Below are positions 1 to 14,118 of a stretch of DNA of 64,000 nt, piece after piece. A program made the position numbers and the translations under genes. The notes under the pieces were generated by a model. That model searched no databases. It was not told the origin of the DNA and was given only the letters and a program-made list of their open reading frames with translations. Source of the DNA: Macrostomum lignano. Taxonomy: Eukaryota. The stretch lies in the NCBI GenBank assembly GCA_002269645.1, contig NIVC01002762.1, positions 50,877-114,876 of the forward strand, given 5' to 3'. Position 1 is the first letter of the stretch, and each line of letters begins with the position of its first letter.

Positions 1-142
1 AGTAGGGAAGAAAGTGGGGTGTTGGGGCGCAACCACACTTTGAGCCATAGACCTATTCTGTAACAAACGACGCTACGAAGTTATTTTGTCTATGGTAAAA
101 ATTCGACCCGGAAAAGACAATTGAGAGCAGATTAACACTCAC

Positions 143-3100
143 ATCCGGGTTAGAATCGCGATAGCAGACAACCTCTCGACTCCAGCCGACAGTTAGAATT
201 CTCTGCTGCATTGGCGCAGCCACCATCCCGGTGATCTCGGCGTCCGCAGTTTTCTCCAGTTCGTGCAGCACCTGACCAGTTTGAAAGTTCCACACCTTCA
301 TGCTGCCGTGACGACTGCCGGTGAACAGACGGCGGTAGGTGGCATCGTAGGCCAGACACGTGACTTCTTCTTTGTTATGCGTGTCGGCAAATGCCAGGCA
401 TTTATTGCCGGTGTCCAGTTCCCACGTGGTCATGCTGGAGTCGTCCGAAGCGGTGGTGACCTGCTTGAATGTCGGGTTGTAAAGCGCCGCACACAGTTGC
501 GCCTTGTGCGTCAGGATCAGTCCTGGCACCGGGTCAGCGGCTTTGCCTGAAGTTTTAGTTCAAAAGCTTGGGCTTCGAAAACTTGCAAAATGTGTCAAGA
601 TATCGCTGAGTCATGTTGTCAGCATCACTGAGTCATGATGTCAGCATCACTGAGTCATGTTGTCAGCATCACTGAGTCATGTTGTCAGCATCACTGAGTC
701 ATGTTGTCAGCATCGCTGAGTCATGTTGTCAGCATCACTGAGTCATGTTGTCAGCATCTCTGAGTCATGCCATTTTCGCTTGTACTTCAGTATGCACTGC
801 TGAGATGTAGAATTTCTGTATTTAGCGCTAAGAAAACAAGTTAAAATTCACAGTTTGTGGTGTAGCAAAAAAGTTCACTACTTATATTTAGACGGAATAA
901 AATAATTTTGCTTTGATTAACAGAAAATTCTTCTATTTACAATGACATTACTTACTGGTAAAAGCAAACAGATTTACTAAGTAACCTCAAGTCTAAATCC
1001 TGGAGTTTATTTTGAGCAGTGCAGAACCTATTTAGCTCCGTTAATCACATGACATAAAAACGTAAAGCTAAAATCAAAAGCTACTGAGCAGACGGATGGT
1101 TAATAACTAAGAAACAAGGCTATTCGGCTGATAAGCAAGATAAGCACATAAATTATGTATGTAAAAGTATGTAAGAGTCAGACATAAACATTCTCGCTAC
1201 GTAAGATCTTACCGTCTTCATCGTCGCCTGAAAATTGATTTTTTGAATGATAATTCATTTGAATTTTGGTATTCGATAGCGTTTAGCCTGGCTGATCGGG
1301 GTGACTACTCGTAAAGTTGTTGCTTGCGCATGTGCGCATTATGCATGACTGTTAGTAGTAAAAATTGACGAAAAAGTTCATCTTTTGGACTTCCGGTATT
1401 ATTCAACTACAAAAGGTTAGAGTGGAAAGGCGAGAGATGGGATGAGAGAAAAGATAAAAGAGGAGAGAAGAGGGGAGAGAAGGCAGAGGGGAGAGTGAGA
1501 GAAGAAGAGAAGGGAGAGGGGAGAGAGGGGAGAGAAGTAGAGAGGGGAGAGGGGATAGAAGAGAGAGAAGAGAAAGAGCTGAGCAGAGGTACAAACTTTG
1601 AGCGGGCCGGATTGCTATTGTGAAGCTTCAAAAGACCCGATCGTGCCGGATATAAGACGCTTCGAGGGCCGCATATGGCCGCGCCCTGACCTACCTAATC
1701 TGCAACTTAGTGCTGAGCACCCACATGCACAGGCAACACACCAACAGCTTGAACACAGGGGTTTATATCTCTGTTCTGATTCTGTCATCTCAGGCCGTAT
1801 CTTACATACGGCCCCCTAAAAATCAACTTGACATCTGTTAAGAATCGCACTCGCAGGCATTAGGAACTACACTAGCAATCTTCGCCCCCCGTTGGGGGAC
1901 ATCTGTATAGAACCTCTGTTCTTCACAAGTAACAAAAAGACAGCCAAATAGAGTCTTCACAAAGACAACAGAAAAACTGCTCAAATGAAGCACAATGCAA
2001 AAAGAAAACATCCCAAGACAGCAAGCATCCCCCCTCCCCCCCCCAGATAGCAAGCACCCCCAGATAGCAAGCACCCCCAGATAGCAAGCACCCCCAGATA
2101 GCAAGCATCCCTCAGATAGCAAGCATCCAATTGATAGCAAGTATCTATCCTTAAATAGCAAGCATCCACCAGACAAAAAGTATATAGTGCAACATTTCCT
2201 TAGCTTTCTAGGGGCTGCTTTATGATTGGCATGACGCTTCTTATTACGTTTGAAAATGTCTCTCCTGTGTTTGAAATGGTGGCTATTTTATTTTTGAATT
2301 CGTGGCTTTTTAATGTTTGGCATTGTGACTCTTTAATGTTCTACATGGTGGCTCTTTAATGTTTGACATCGTGGCTCGTTAATGTTCGACATGGTGGCTC
2401 TTTAACGTTCGACATGGTGGCTCTTTAATGTTCGACATGGTGGCTCTTTAATGTTTAACATGGTGGCTCTTTAACGTTCGACATGGTGGCGCTTTAATGT
2501 TCGACATGGTGGCTCTTTACTGTTTGACATGGTGGCTCTCTAATGTTTGACATAGTGGCTCTTAATTTTTTACTTGGTGGCTCTTTAATGTTTGACATGG
2601 TGGCTCTTTAATGTTTGACATGGTGGCTCTTTATTGTTCGAAATTGTGGCTCTTTAATGTTCTACATGGTGGCTCTTTAATGCTCTACATTGTGGCTCTT
2701 TAATGCTCTACATTGTGGCTCTTTAATGCTCTACATTGTGGCTCTTTAATGTTCTACATATTGTGGCTCTTTAATCTTCGACATGGTGGCTCTTTAATGT
2801 TTGACGTTGTGGCTCTTTAATGTTCGACATGGTGGCTCTTTAATGTTCGACATGGTGGCTCTTTACTGTTTGACATGGTGGCTCTCTAATGTTTGACATA
2901 GTGGCTCTTAATTTTTTACTTGGTGGCTCTTTAATGTTTGACATGGTGGCTCTTTAATGTTTGACAGGGTGGCTCTTTATTGTTCGAAATTGTGGCTCTT
3001 TAATGTTCTACATGGTGGCTCTTTAATGCTCTACATTGTGGCTCTTTAATGCTCTACATTGTGGCTCTTTAATGTTCTACATATTGTGGCTCTTTAATCT

Positions 3101-6100
3101 TCGACATGGTGGCTCTTTAATGTTTGACGTTGTGGCTCTTTAATGTTCGACATGGTGGCTCTTTAATGTTCGACATGGTGGCTCTTTACTGTTTGACATG
3201 GTGGCTCTCTAATGTTTGACATAGTGGCTCTTAATTTTTTACTTGGTGGCTCTTTAATGTTTGACATGGTTGCTCCTTACTATATGACATGCTGGCTCTT
3301 TAATGTTTGACATGGAGTCACGTATGTGTTTGACATGGAGTCACGTATATATTTGGCATGGAGTCACGTAAATGCTTTACATGGTGGCTCTTTTATGTTT
3401 GACATGGAGTCACGTATATGTTTGACATGTAGTCACATATATGTTTGACATGGTGGCTCTTTTATGCTTGACATGGTGGCTCTTTAATGTTCGACATGGT
3501 GGCTCTTTAATGTTCAACATGGTGGCTCTTCTATGTTTGACATTGCGCTTCTTTTATGTTTCGCAGTTTTGTGTTTTTAATGTGCTTTAATAAAAAAATA
3601 TTTTTGCACTACTAAGATTCGAACCCAGGTCACTAAATTAGCATCCCAGTCTGTTCGCATCTGGGCTATCTCTTTTCATTTGGAGAACATGAATTGTGGC
3701 CCTTATAATTCAATTCTTACAGCAAGTCAATTGGAGTAGAAAGTTATGACATAATCAATTTCTCAGTCAGCCAGAATCAGTCTCAATTCAAGTTAGCAAT
3801 ATGGTTACGCAATTTCAATCAAGTCTTGTGTGCGTTTTTGTGGCACTGTTTTCACCTTGTTGTGATGCAATATTTATCAGAATTGAAATTCAGCCAGTCA
3901 GTTTTTTCTCTAGCATTCTTACAATGCATTCCAGGTCGAAAAAGCTGCTTGACCTTTGCAAAAAAGCATGTTTTTCGAATATTTAATCCCTTTAAAATTG
4001 AGCAATTTCTTAGCCAGGATGCATGTACCGTCCCAGGAAAATTTCTGATCGAATGGTGCAAGTTTGAAGAAAATCGGTTGAGCCATTTTTTCTGAAATCT
4101 ATCGCATAGCTAGTTACAGACATTTCATTTTTAGTATATAGGACTAGCCAATTCCAACCCCCGTTGGGGCTTTCCGTCAAAACTCCTACCAAAGTTTTCC
4201 CACGCAAAAGAAATTCACCCAACTGAACCCCCCCCCCATCCAAAGAATCTCTAATCCATAAAGTCCCTGATGCAAATAATCTCACATGCAAAAAACCCTC
4301 ATCCAAAGAATCCCATACAAAGAACCCCCCATCGACAGAATCCCCGATCCGAAGAATTCCCCATTCAAGGAATCCTCTATCTGTAGAATTCCCTATTTAA
4401 TGAATCGCCCATCCATAGAATCTCACATGCAAAGAATACCAATCCTTCCCGTCCCATCCCCATCCCATCCCATTGATAGAATCCCCGATCCGAAGAATTC
4501 CCCATTCAAGGAATCCTCCCATCTGAAGAATTCCCCGTCCAATAAATCCCTTATTCAAGAAATCCCCATCCACAGAAACTCTCTATCCAAAGAATCCCCC
4601 CAACCATCCCTATCCAAAGAATCGCCCATCCATCCCTATCTAAACAATCCCCCATCCATCCCTATCCCAAGAATCCTCCTATTCATCCCTATCCAAAGAA
4701 TTTCCCCATCCATTCCTATCTAAATAATCACCTTAACCATCCATATCCAAAAAATTCCTTCTCCAAAAAATCCCCCCTCTAAATAATTCACATCCTTAAA
4801 TAATCCCCCATCAAAAGCATAATTGGCCAAAGAATCCAGAATCCCCTCATCTAAAGAACCCCCGTTCAAATAACCCCCATCTAAAGAATCATTCATCTAA
4901 AGAATCCCCCATTCAAAAAACCCTCAATCGAAACAATGCCCCACCGAAGAAATTGCCCAATGAATCACCTATCCAAATTTATCCATTAGAAGCATCCCTC
5001 ATCCAAAGAATCATCAATCCATAGAATTCCCCCAAGACTTAACATCTCAGCAATTTCCCCAAGCCTCGACACCTCAGAAATTTTCCCCAAGCATTGACAT
5101 CTAAGCAATTCCGGCGCAAGCCTTGACATGTTACCAATTTCTCCCCGTCCAAAGCCTTGACATCTCAGTAATTCCCCTCCCCAAGCCTTGATATCTCAGT
5201 AATTCTCCCAGTAAGCCTTCATATCTTAGTAATTCCTCCAGTAAGTCTTGACATCTTAGCGATTCCCCTCCCCGAGACTTAAGACCTCAGCAATTCCTTT
5301 TTAAGCCTTCACACCTCAGCAATTCCCCCCACAAGCCTTCGCATCTCAGCAAGTCCCATTTAAGCCTTCACATGTCATTAATTTCCCAAGGTAAGATTTT
5401 ATACATGTATCTCAATAATTCCCCTTGTAAATCTTGACATCTTAAAATTCTCTTCCGAGCAAGCATACCCCAAGAGCAAGCGTCCTTCCGATAGCAAGCA
5501 TCCCCTGATAGAAAGTACCCCCAGCAAGATTAGGGATCAATTTCCTCAGCTAGCCAATTCCAACTCCCGTTGGGGCTTTCCGTCCAAACTCCAGCCACAG
5601 TTTTCCCACGCAATAAAATTTCACCCAACTGAATCTCCCATACAAAGAATCCCTCATCCAAAGAATACACCACCCATAAAATCCACGATGCAAAGAATCT
5701 CACATGCAAAGAATCCGCCATCCAAAAAACCTCCCATCGATAGAATCACCGATCCGAAGAATTCCCCATTCAAGGAATTCTCCTATCTGAAGAATTGCCC
5801 ATCCATAGAATCTTACATGCAGAGAATCCCCATCCAAAGAACCCCCATCGATAGAATCCCCGATCCGAAGAATCCCCCTATCCATCCCTATCCAAAAAAT
5901 CCTCGACCTCCATCCATATCAAAAAATCTCCCATCCAAAGAACCCCTATCAATAGAATCCCAGATCCAAAGAATTCCCCATTCAAGGAATTCTCCTATCT
6001 GAAGAATTTCCCATCCAATGCATTGCCCATCCATAACATCTCACATGCAAAGAATCCCCTTCAAAAGAATCCCTATTAAAAGAGTCCCTCATTCACAGGG

Positions 6101-9100
6101 TCCCCATCGAAAGAATCCCCCACCCATCCATATCCAAAGAATCCCCCACCCATCCATATCCAAAGAATCCCCCACCCATCCATATCCAAAGAATCCCTCA
6201 CCCATCCATATCCAAAGAATCCCCCACCCATCCAAATCCAAAGAATCCCCCACCCATCCATATCCAAAGAATCCCCCACCCATCCATATCCAAAGAATCC
6301 CCCCCACCCATCTATATCCAAAGAATCCCCCTCCCATCCATATCCAAAGAAACCCCCCACCCATCCATATCCAAAGAACCCCCCATCCATCCCTATCGAA
6401 AAAATGCCCCTATTTATCCCTATCCAAAGAATCCTCCTATCCATCCCCATCCATTCCTAACTAAAGAATCTCCCTCCAAAAAATCCCCATGCAAATAATC
6501 CACGTCCAAATAATCCAGATCCACATAATCTCCATCCACATTATCCATTGATTCTCCCATCAAAAGAATAATTGGCCAAATAATACCCTCATCTAAAAAA
6601 ACCCGTTCAAAAAATCCACGTCCAAATAATCCCCATCAACAGAATCCCCCATTCAAGGAATCCAAAGAAACTCCCATCCAAATAATCCCCTCATCTCCTC
6701 GAGATATCCATTAGAAGCATCTCTCGTTCAAAGATTCCCCGATCCATAGAATTCCTCCCCAAGACTTAACATCTCAGCAATTCCCACCAAGCCCTGACAC
6801 CTCAGAAATTCCCTCCAAGCCTTGACATCTCAGCAATTCACTCTTAAGCCTTGGCATCTCAGTAATTCTCTCAGTAAGCCCTTATATCTCAGTAATTCCC
6901 CCAGTAAGTCTTGACATCTCAGCAATACCCCTCACGTCTTGATATCTCAGCAATTCCCTCTTAGCCTTGGCATCTCAGTTTAATAATTTTTTTTGAATAT
7001 ACTACATGAATACTCGTAGCTTCTCTTCTACCTGATTTACCTGACGTTTTTTTAGTTTTCTTTAGCTAAAAAGTTTAAAATTAATTTTTTTTAATAAAAT
7101 ACTTTTACAATTTAAAAATTCGAACCCACGTCGCTGCATTAGCAGGTCAGTCTGTTTACCTCTAGGCTATCTCTCAATGCTTTGATAATTGTAGCACTTA
7201 CATAATTCAACACTTTCAAAACTCCACGCAGAGAGTAAATCACACGAAGCAGTTATGACATAATTTCTCAGCCAGTCTGTATCAGTTTCAAATAAAGTCA
7301 CCAATATGGTTACGCAATCTAAATCTAAATTCAATGGCGCTGGCTTGAATTGTGGAATTGCGATAAAGTAGGGTTTTGCGATATTGGAGAGCGTACAATG
7401 AGTATATAGAGTAAAATTTATAGGAATCTTCTTTTTAATGCTGTGCTTTTAATTTTTCGAATCTAAGCAAAGAAATTATTCCCGAACTCAGCGTTTCAAG
7501 CTCTTTCTAGCAATACAAGGCTCTCTTCTGAAAGTAAAAAACTCGAAGCACAAACAATGATTGAACATTCCTGCTTTAAAGCATTCAAATTCATAAGGCG
7601 TACATTCAGCGCCAGCTACAGTGAGAGGCCTGCAGTTGATGCATTGAAATTAACAACCAAGCCAGCCCATGAATAATTGAATAGCGACACCCGCCCCTCA
7701 ATTAAAATGTGTTGCGCAACCTTTCAACGCTTGTAGCTCTCCACGCGAGTGTGGAGAACCAATGCTATAGTTGGCACTGAGTTATGATGCAATACAATTC
7801 CATCGGCCGGCAGACTGCTTCTCAATCGGAAAGAACTGTTTGAACTTTAAAAAACAGGGAGAAAATTGAGTTTTTCGAATATTAAAGCCCGAAAAAATGA
7901 AGCAATTTCTTAGCAAAATTTAGTGTACCTGCGCACCATCAATACGCATCGAATGCAGAAAACCCCACGAAATTCCGACCATGTAGAGTCAAGTTAAGCG
8001 AAGGTTCCTATAGGTACATAGTTTTGATTTTTAGTATATTGGATTTGTGTACCTGCGCACCATCAATACGCATCGAATGCAGAAAACCCCACGAAATTCC
8101 GACCATGTAGAGTCAAGTTAAGCGAAGGTTCCTATAGGTACATAGTTTTGATTTTTAGTATATTGGAATTCAAGCAAGCATACAAACCTTAGAGATTTAG
8201 TATATTTAGGTAGAAGTAGAAGAGATTCTTAGAATAGATTTATATATTCAACACTCACACCAAGTCAATTGAGTTAAAGTCACACGAAGCAGTTATGACA
8301 TAATCAACCAGACAAGTCAGTACCAGTCTTTATTAAAGTTAGCAATATGGTTACGCAATATAATTCAAGTGTTGTGCTATGCTTCCACACTGCGTTTTCA
8401 ATACTGGGACGCAATTCAATTCAGTTTCAAAATTCAGCCAGTACACAGACGATAAATAAAAAGCCTATTGTGATGATGCAATCTATTTCAGAATCAGAAT
8501 TCAACCAGTCAGTTTTTTCTCTAGCATTCTTACAATGCATTTCAAGTCGAAAAGTTTGCTTGACCTTTGCAAAAAAGCATGTTTTTCGAATATTTAATCC
8601 CTTAAGCATTTAGCAATTTCTTAGCCAAGATACATGTACCGTCCCGGGAAAATTTCTGATCGAACAGTGCAAATTCGAACAAAATCGGTCCAGCCATTCA
8701 GGAGAAAATCGATTTCGTACAAACAAACAAACATCACATTTTTATTAGGAACTACATTGCTCACCTAGTCGGTATTGCAGAATATTGTCCGAGCTGCACA
8801 GGTAGACAGTGTTAGATCCCAGGTGCAGGGTCAGCGGACTGCCCATGTGGTCAGGCAGTTTGTCAGTGACAGAGTAGGGTATTCGGACAGTCACAGTCTG
8901 AACGCAGACGTGCGCCTTCAAGTCCCAGGCTTTGATAATGCCGTCACGGGCGTAGCTCAGTACGCAGCCCTGTTTCTCGTGAATTTTCACGGACAGCACT
9001 GCATTGTTGTGGCCCTCGAGCAGGGCCGTGTGCTTGGCCGTCACGTAGGGGTTCCAGAACCGGACTAGATGATCGTGCGACCCGGTGACGAGTAAGTTGA

Positions 9101-12100
9101 GAGTCCAGTTGATGTCGAAGCACTCGGCCCCGCGGCGCAGCTTGAAGGTGTACAGAGTTCGACGATGTTTCAATTCGTAGATGACAACGGAGTTGTTGGG
9201 CGCCGCGCTGCAGGTCACGGTGCAGTTGTTGTCCGGCAGGTAGGCCAGTTCATTGATTGGCTCGGTGTGCAAGCCCTCGTGGTGGAAGGCGTCCACGCAT
9301 TTGGTGTGGCTAGCCAGCTCGTAGTACCAGATCCTCTGGCTGCGATGGTTCGGATCTGGCGGGATGTCGAAAAGCTGCTGCATGGGCTTCTTGAACACGA
9401 ATTCAGTCAGGTTACCACCGTCGTCGCCAGCAAACAGATGGCTGTCCGTGTTGGCAGCCTAGACGGATTTGGTTGACGCGTGGTTTGTCACTTATAGTAG
9501 AGCCAAAATGGCATTTCTTTAAATCGATTTATTCCTCTAATACTACAACTACTCCCCCTAACAGTCAGTCTGCAACCCCGGGGTGGCAGAGGGCCCTCCC
9601 CTGGACACAGAGTCAGTCTGCAACCCCTCCCCCCCCCACAGAGTCAGCCTGCAACCCCTCCTCCCACAGAGTCAATCTGCAACCCCTCCCCCCCCACAGA
9701 GTCAGTCTGCAACCCCCCCCCCCCCACAGAGTCAGTCTGCAACCCCTCCTCCCACAGAGTCAGTCTGCAACCCCTCCCCCCCCCACAGAGTCAGCCTGCA
9801 ACCCCTCCTCCCACAGAGTCAATCTGCAACCCCTCCCCCCCACAGAGTCAGTCTGCAACCCCCCCCACAGAGTCAGTCTGCAACCCCCCCCCACAGAGTC
9901 AGCCTGCAACCCCTCCCCCCCCACAGAGTCAGTCTGCAACCCCCCCCCCACAGAGTCAGCCTGCAACCCCTCCCCCCACAGAGTCAGTCTGCAACCCTCC
10001 CCCACAGAGTCAGTCTGCAACCCCCCCCCCCCCCACAGAGTCAGTCTGCAACCCCCCTCCCACAGAGTCAGCCTGCAACCCCTCCCCCACAGAGTCAGTC
10101 TGCAACCCCCCTCCCACAGAGTCAGCCTGCAACCCCTTCCCCCCCCACAGAGTCAGTCTGCAACCCCTCCCCCACATAGTCAGTCTTCAACCCCTTCTCA
10201 GTGCTCATTTGTAACAATTGAGCAAATCAAAATGTACCAATAGTTACGAGTACAACAACAGGAAAAAAGTGAGTGCATCGATAGTCTAAACGCTTGACAA
10301 TCAAGTTTACAAGCATATATATCGAGTACGAAGTTTTCGATTATGATTTTTGTAATATCGTGAAACAAATAGAAAAATTCCGTTTAATTCTCTGGGTTTT
10401 ATCTCAACAGATCAATGTATTATTGTTAGTTGGTTAGCTCCATACTGTAGCGAATATCAATACTGACATCCGGCAATTGAACTCATACGATGTACAATCC
10501 AGGTGACTGACAAACCAGCACGAGTTTAGTAGTCACCTCCCGACACCAGAGAAAACAGACTATTAAAATTTCTAGTTGAATCTCACCATAAACAAAGCTT
10601 CAGAAGCCTGAAACGAGGAAGTTAGCTTTTGATGAAGATAGCTTTTCTTTCATTAATTAATAAAACTGTTCCCTAACAATATCGCGAGGGAGTGCTCAAA
10701 GCGCAATGTGCCGTTAAATTATCAATTAAGCAATTAAGCAACTCTACAACTGGGTTAAGTGGCACTCAGCTAACTCAAGCTCTTTTCACTTCTACTAACC
10801 CTCTCTCCTCCCCTCTATCGCTCTCTTTCCCCTCTATCCCTCTCTCCTCCCCTCTATCGCTCTCTTTCCCCTCTATCCCTCTCTCCTCCCCTCTATCGCT
10901 CTCTTTCCCCTCTATCCCTCTCTCCTCCCCTCTATCGCTCTCTTTCCCCTCTATCCCTCTCTCCTCCCCTCTATCGCTCTCTTTCCCCTCTATCCCTCTC
11001 CTCCCCTCTATCCCTCTCTTTCCCATCTATCCCTCTCTCCTCCCCTCTATCGCTCTCTTTCCCCTCTATCCCTCTCTCTTTCCCCTCTATCCCTCTCTCT
11101 TTCCCCTCTATCCCTCTCTCCTCCCCTCTATCCCTCTCTCCTCCCCTCTATCCCTCTCTTTCCCCTCTATCCCTCTCTCTTTCCCCTCTATCCCTCTCTC
11201 TTTCCCCTCTATCCCTCTCTCCTTCCCCTCTATCCCTCTCTCCTTCCCCTCTACCCCTCTCTCCTTCCCCTCTATCCCTCTCTCCTTCCCCTCTATCCCT
11301 CTCTCCTTCCCCTCTACCCCTCTCTCCTTTCCCTCTATCCCTCTCTCCTTCCCATCTATCTTCAATATCATCCAGCGTATATAAAACCATATTTTTGCAG
11401 CAAAAAGACATACAAAATACAAAAATACAAAAATCAGTGCAAAAATCTACCGACAAAGTCAGGGCAATCATGATTACCTCCTTCCTGAAGAAGAACTTCA
11501 GCACAGTCGGCACGGATTTCATTCCGTACAGGATGTACTCCTCTTTGATCACGTTCGACGCAATGTCGTAAAATTTCAGTTCCCGTCCAGTTGTTGACAG
11601 CACAAGCTTGTGGCAGTTGTCCATGAACACGGCGTCGATGACCCACTCGCTGAATAGCCGCTTGCCGGCAGAGCTGCCCGCCGTTGCCAGGTCAACCGGT
11701 GGATTCTGCGTCTCAAGATGGGATTCGAGTTTGAGCAGGCAGTCCCACAGCATGATGCAGCCGGTCTTGCTGACTGAGATCGGCCGAGTTGGACTGCCGG
11801 TCAGCAGCAGGCGGGCTGTTGGTTCTTGCTGTTGGTTTCGGGTGAATCGATTTATACTACTTGTACAGACAAGTTAGTGAGTAGTATGGTACGCTATTTG
11901 AATCTCGTCTTTTGTTCATTTGTCGATTGAAGCAAGGAATTATGCTATCTAGACGGGATTTCTGATCCGCAAGGAAAGCCCCTGATTCATTAGTCAATGT
12001 AATTGGTTTATAAGATTACCTCATTGACGAAAAGATTCACTTTGCTCGATTTCAATATTTTTTATTAGAGGCAGGGGGGTTGTGTGCACCCTGGCGCACT

Positions 12101-13300
12101 TTCAGCGACATTGGCACACAACCGGCGAGAGGCATTACTGCCCATTCCGCCGACTCCCCTGAGCAGGCATACAAGCGCGCAGATACGTACGCAGGCACAC
12201 AATCACACAGGAGTGTACAGCGGCCCTAACTTTATTTTATCGTTAGGCATGTACACTTCACTGCGCCTTGGGGGGTTGGCTCTCAAGGCCGTTAATTGCA
12301 CGAGCAGAGCCAAGCCGAGATTCCAATTCAGCCCCAAATTAATGTGACTGCACTTGGAATCGAGCCTGGGTCGCTGGCACACCAGAGCCTGCGCTAGACC
12401 GCTGGGCTACGGCCCCCCCCCTCAATATTATTTCCCTTCTCCATAATTGGGATTCCCCTTGCTCCAAGAGTGGGCTTTCCCAATCATAGGGATTCCCTTG
12501 TTCAATGTTTGGATTCCCCTGTTCTATTATGGGATTCCCTTGTTCTATTTTGGGATTCCCCTGTTCTATTATGGGTTTCCCTTGTTCTATTTTGGGATTC
12601 CCCTGTTCTATTATGGGATTCCCTTGTTCTATTTTGGGATTCCCCTGTTCTATTATGGGTTTCCCTTGTTCTATTTTGGGATTCCCCTGTTCTATTATGG
12701 GTTTCCCTTGTTCTATTTTGGGATTCCTCTGTTCTATTATGGATTTCCCTTGTTCTATTTTGGGATTCCTCTGCTCAATAAGGAGATTCTCCTGCTACAA
12801 GTGTGAATACTTCTGTCAAAAACAGACAAGGATTCCCCGACGTACAGAACAAAAATTTTCAGCTCAATGTGCGAGGGCAGTCCAAAAAATTCCCCTGGCA
12901 ACTGACCTTGTTATGCAGCACGTGCCGCAGCCTGGGCTCCGCTTTGAATGGCGGATCAACGCGATTAGTGAGACGGTCCCTCTCGTGCAGGTAAAGCATC
13001 ATGTAGTTGCAGAACTCGGTCCAGGTGACGCTGCCGCTGTTGTCGGTGTCCAACTTGTAGTACAGGCGCTCCAGCTGGCCCGAGAACCTGTCGTGCCCGA
13101 TCACGCGGTTCAGGGTGGCCGTGAACTCGCCCAGGTTGAGGTAGCCCTGTCGCCGCTTTGTCTTCTTCGACTTTTTGCCTCCTCGGGCCTTTGAATCCGC
13201 TTCGCTGGGTGGCCGATAGTTTTCGAACAGGGCCTTCACGCGCTGCAGGTGCGGCAGCTGCAGGAAGTCCTCTACACGGAGACTGCCGCCCTGCTCGGAC
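143..13300 (-). CDS. EF-hand + WD40 repeat protein, WDR49/EFCAB8/WDY-like; partial. Exons 13300-12907, 11828-11478, 9458-8765, 1227-1213, 546-143; continues beyond window start, first exon not found
   Basis: All junctions are GT-AG and phase-compatible (HNK|QEPT, RKE|AANT, YRL|GDDED|GKAA). EF-hand loop DTDNSGSVTWTEF; WD repeats LVTGSHDHLVRFWN, LEGHNNAVLSV, VTTASDDSSMTTWE, LFTGSRHGSMKVWN. Family name is from remembered domain architecture. Confidence 0.85.
606..770. repeat. 22-bp minisatellite (CTGAGTCATGTTGTCAGCATCA)n
   Basis: About 7 near-identical head-to-tail units, intronic. Confidence 0.95.
1213..1227 (-). CDS. 15-nt phase 1-1 microexon (GDDED) of the WD40 gene
   Basis: Minus strand reads aatcaattttcag|GCGACGATGAAGACG|gtaag; it keeps frame between donor CTA G|gtgag (8765) and acceptor cttcag|GC AAA (546). 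Confidence 0.7.
1400..1820 (-). repeat. Dispersed repeat with CT-rich tail; related inverted copy at about 55885-56090
   Basis: Reverse complement of 1561-1680 aligns by eye with 55890-55990 (atgcggcc...tatccggc...tcgggtc...tttgaa.cttcacaatagcaatc...gctcaa...ctcagctct). Confidence 0.75.
2320..3560. repeat. 23-bp satellite (GACATGGTGGCTCTTTAATGTTY)n
   Basis: About 50 diverged units visible directly. Confidence 0.95.
3600..4140. mobile_element. Interspersed element X: tRNA-like head on the minus strand plus conserved body; related copies at about 7050-8170 and 8250-8748
   Basis: Shared blocks gttatgacataat, caatatggttacgcaat and tttttctctagcattcttacaatgcatt...gcttgacctttgcaaaaaagcatgtttttcgaatatttaatccc. 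Minus-strand A-box (TAGCCCAGA/TAGCCTAGAGG) and B-box (GGTTCGAAT) at about 3615-3672 and 7115-7173. Confidence 0.65.
4144..7000. repeat. Two tandem copies (about 4144-5530, 5550-7000) of composite repeat Y with palindromic head CCCCGTTGGGG, AAGAATCCCC-rich middle and AAGCCTTGACATCTCAGCAATT-type subrepeats
   Basis: Both copies start ctagccaattccaac.cccgttggggctttccgtc.aaactc and have the same order of internal subrepeat blocks. Confidence 0.8.
9560..10190. repeat. C-rich minisatellite (CACAGAGTCAGTCTGCAACCCC+Cn)
   Basis: About 20 units with variable C-run length; source of the spurious 256/198-aa ORFs. Confidence 0.95.
10795..11355. repeat. Polypyrimidine (CT-rich) tandem array
   Basis: CCCCTCTATCCCTCTCT-type units. 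Confidence 0.95.
12065..12416 (-). mobile_element. tRNA-derived SINE (family distinct from the CORE-like SINE)
   Basis: Minus strand begins GGGGCCGTAGCCCAGCGGTCTAGCGC...CCAGGCTCGATTCC (A- and B-box spacing), followed by a GC-rich body; the 3' end is approximate. Confidence 0.6.
12500..12775. repeat. 21-bp minisatellite (TGTTCTATTWTGGGWTTCCCY)n
   Basis: 7-residue periodicity in three overlapping ORFs. Confidence 0.95.
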
Positions 13301-13314
13301 CTTTGAGCAAGGGT

Positions 13315-14118
<804 letters not shown>

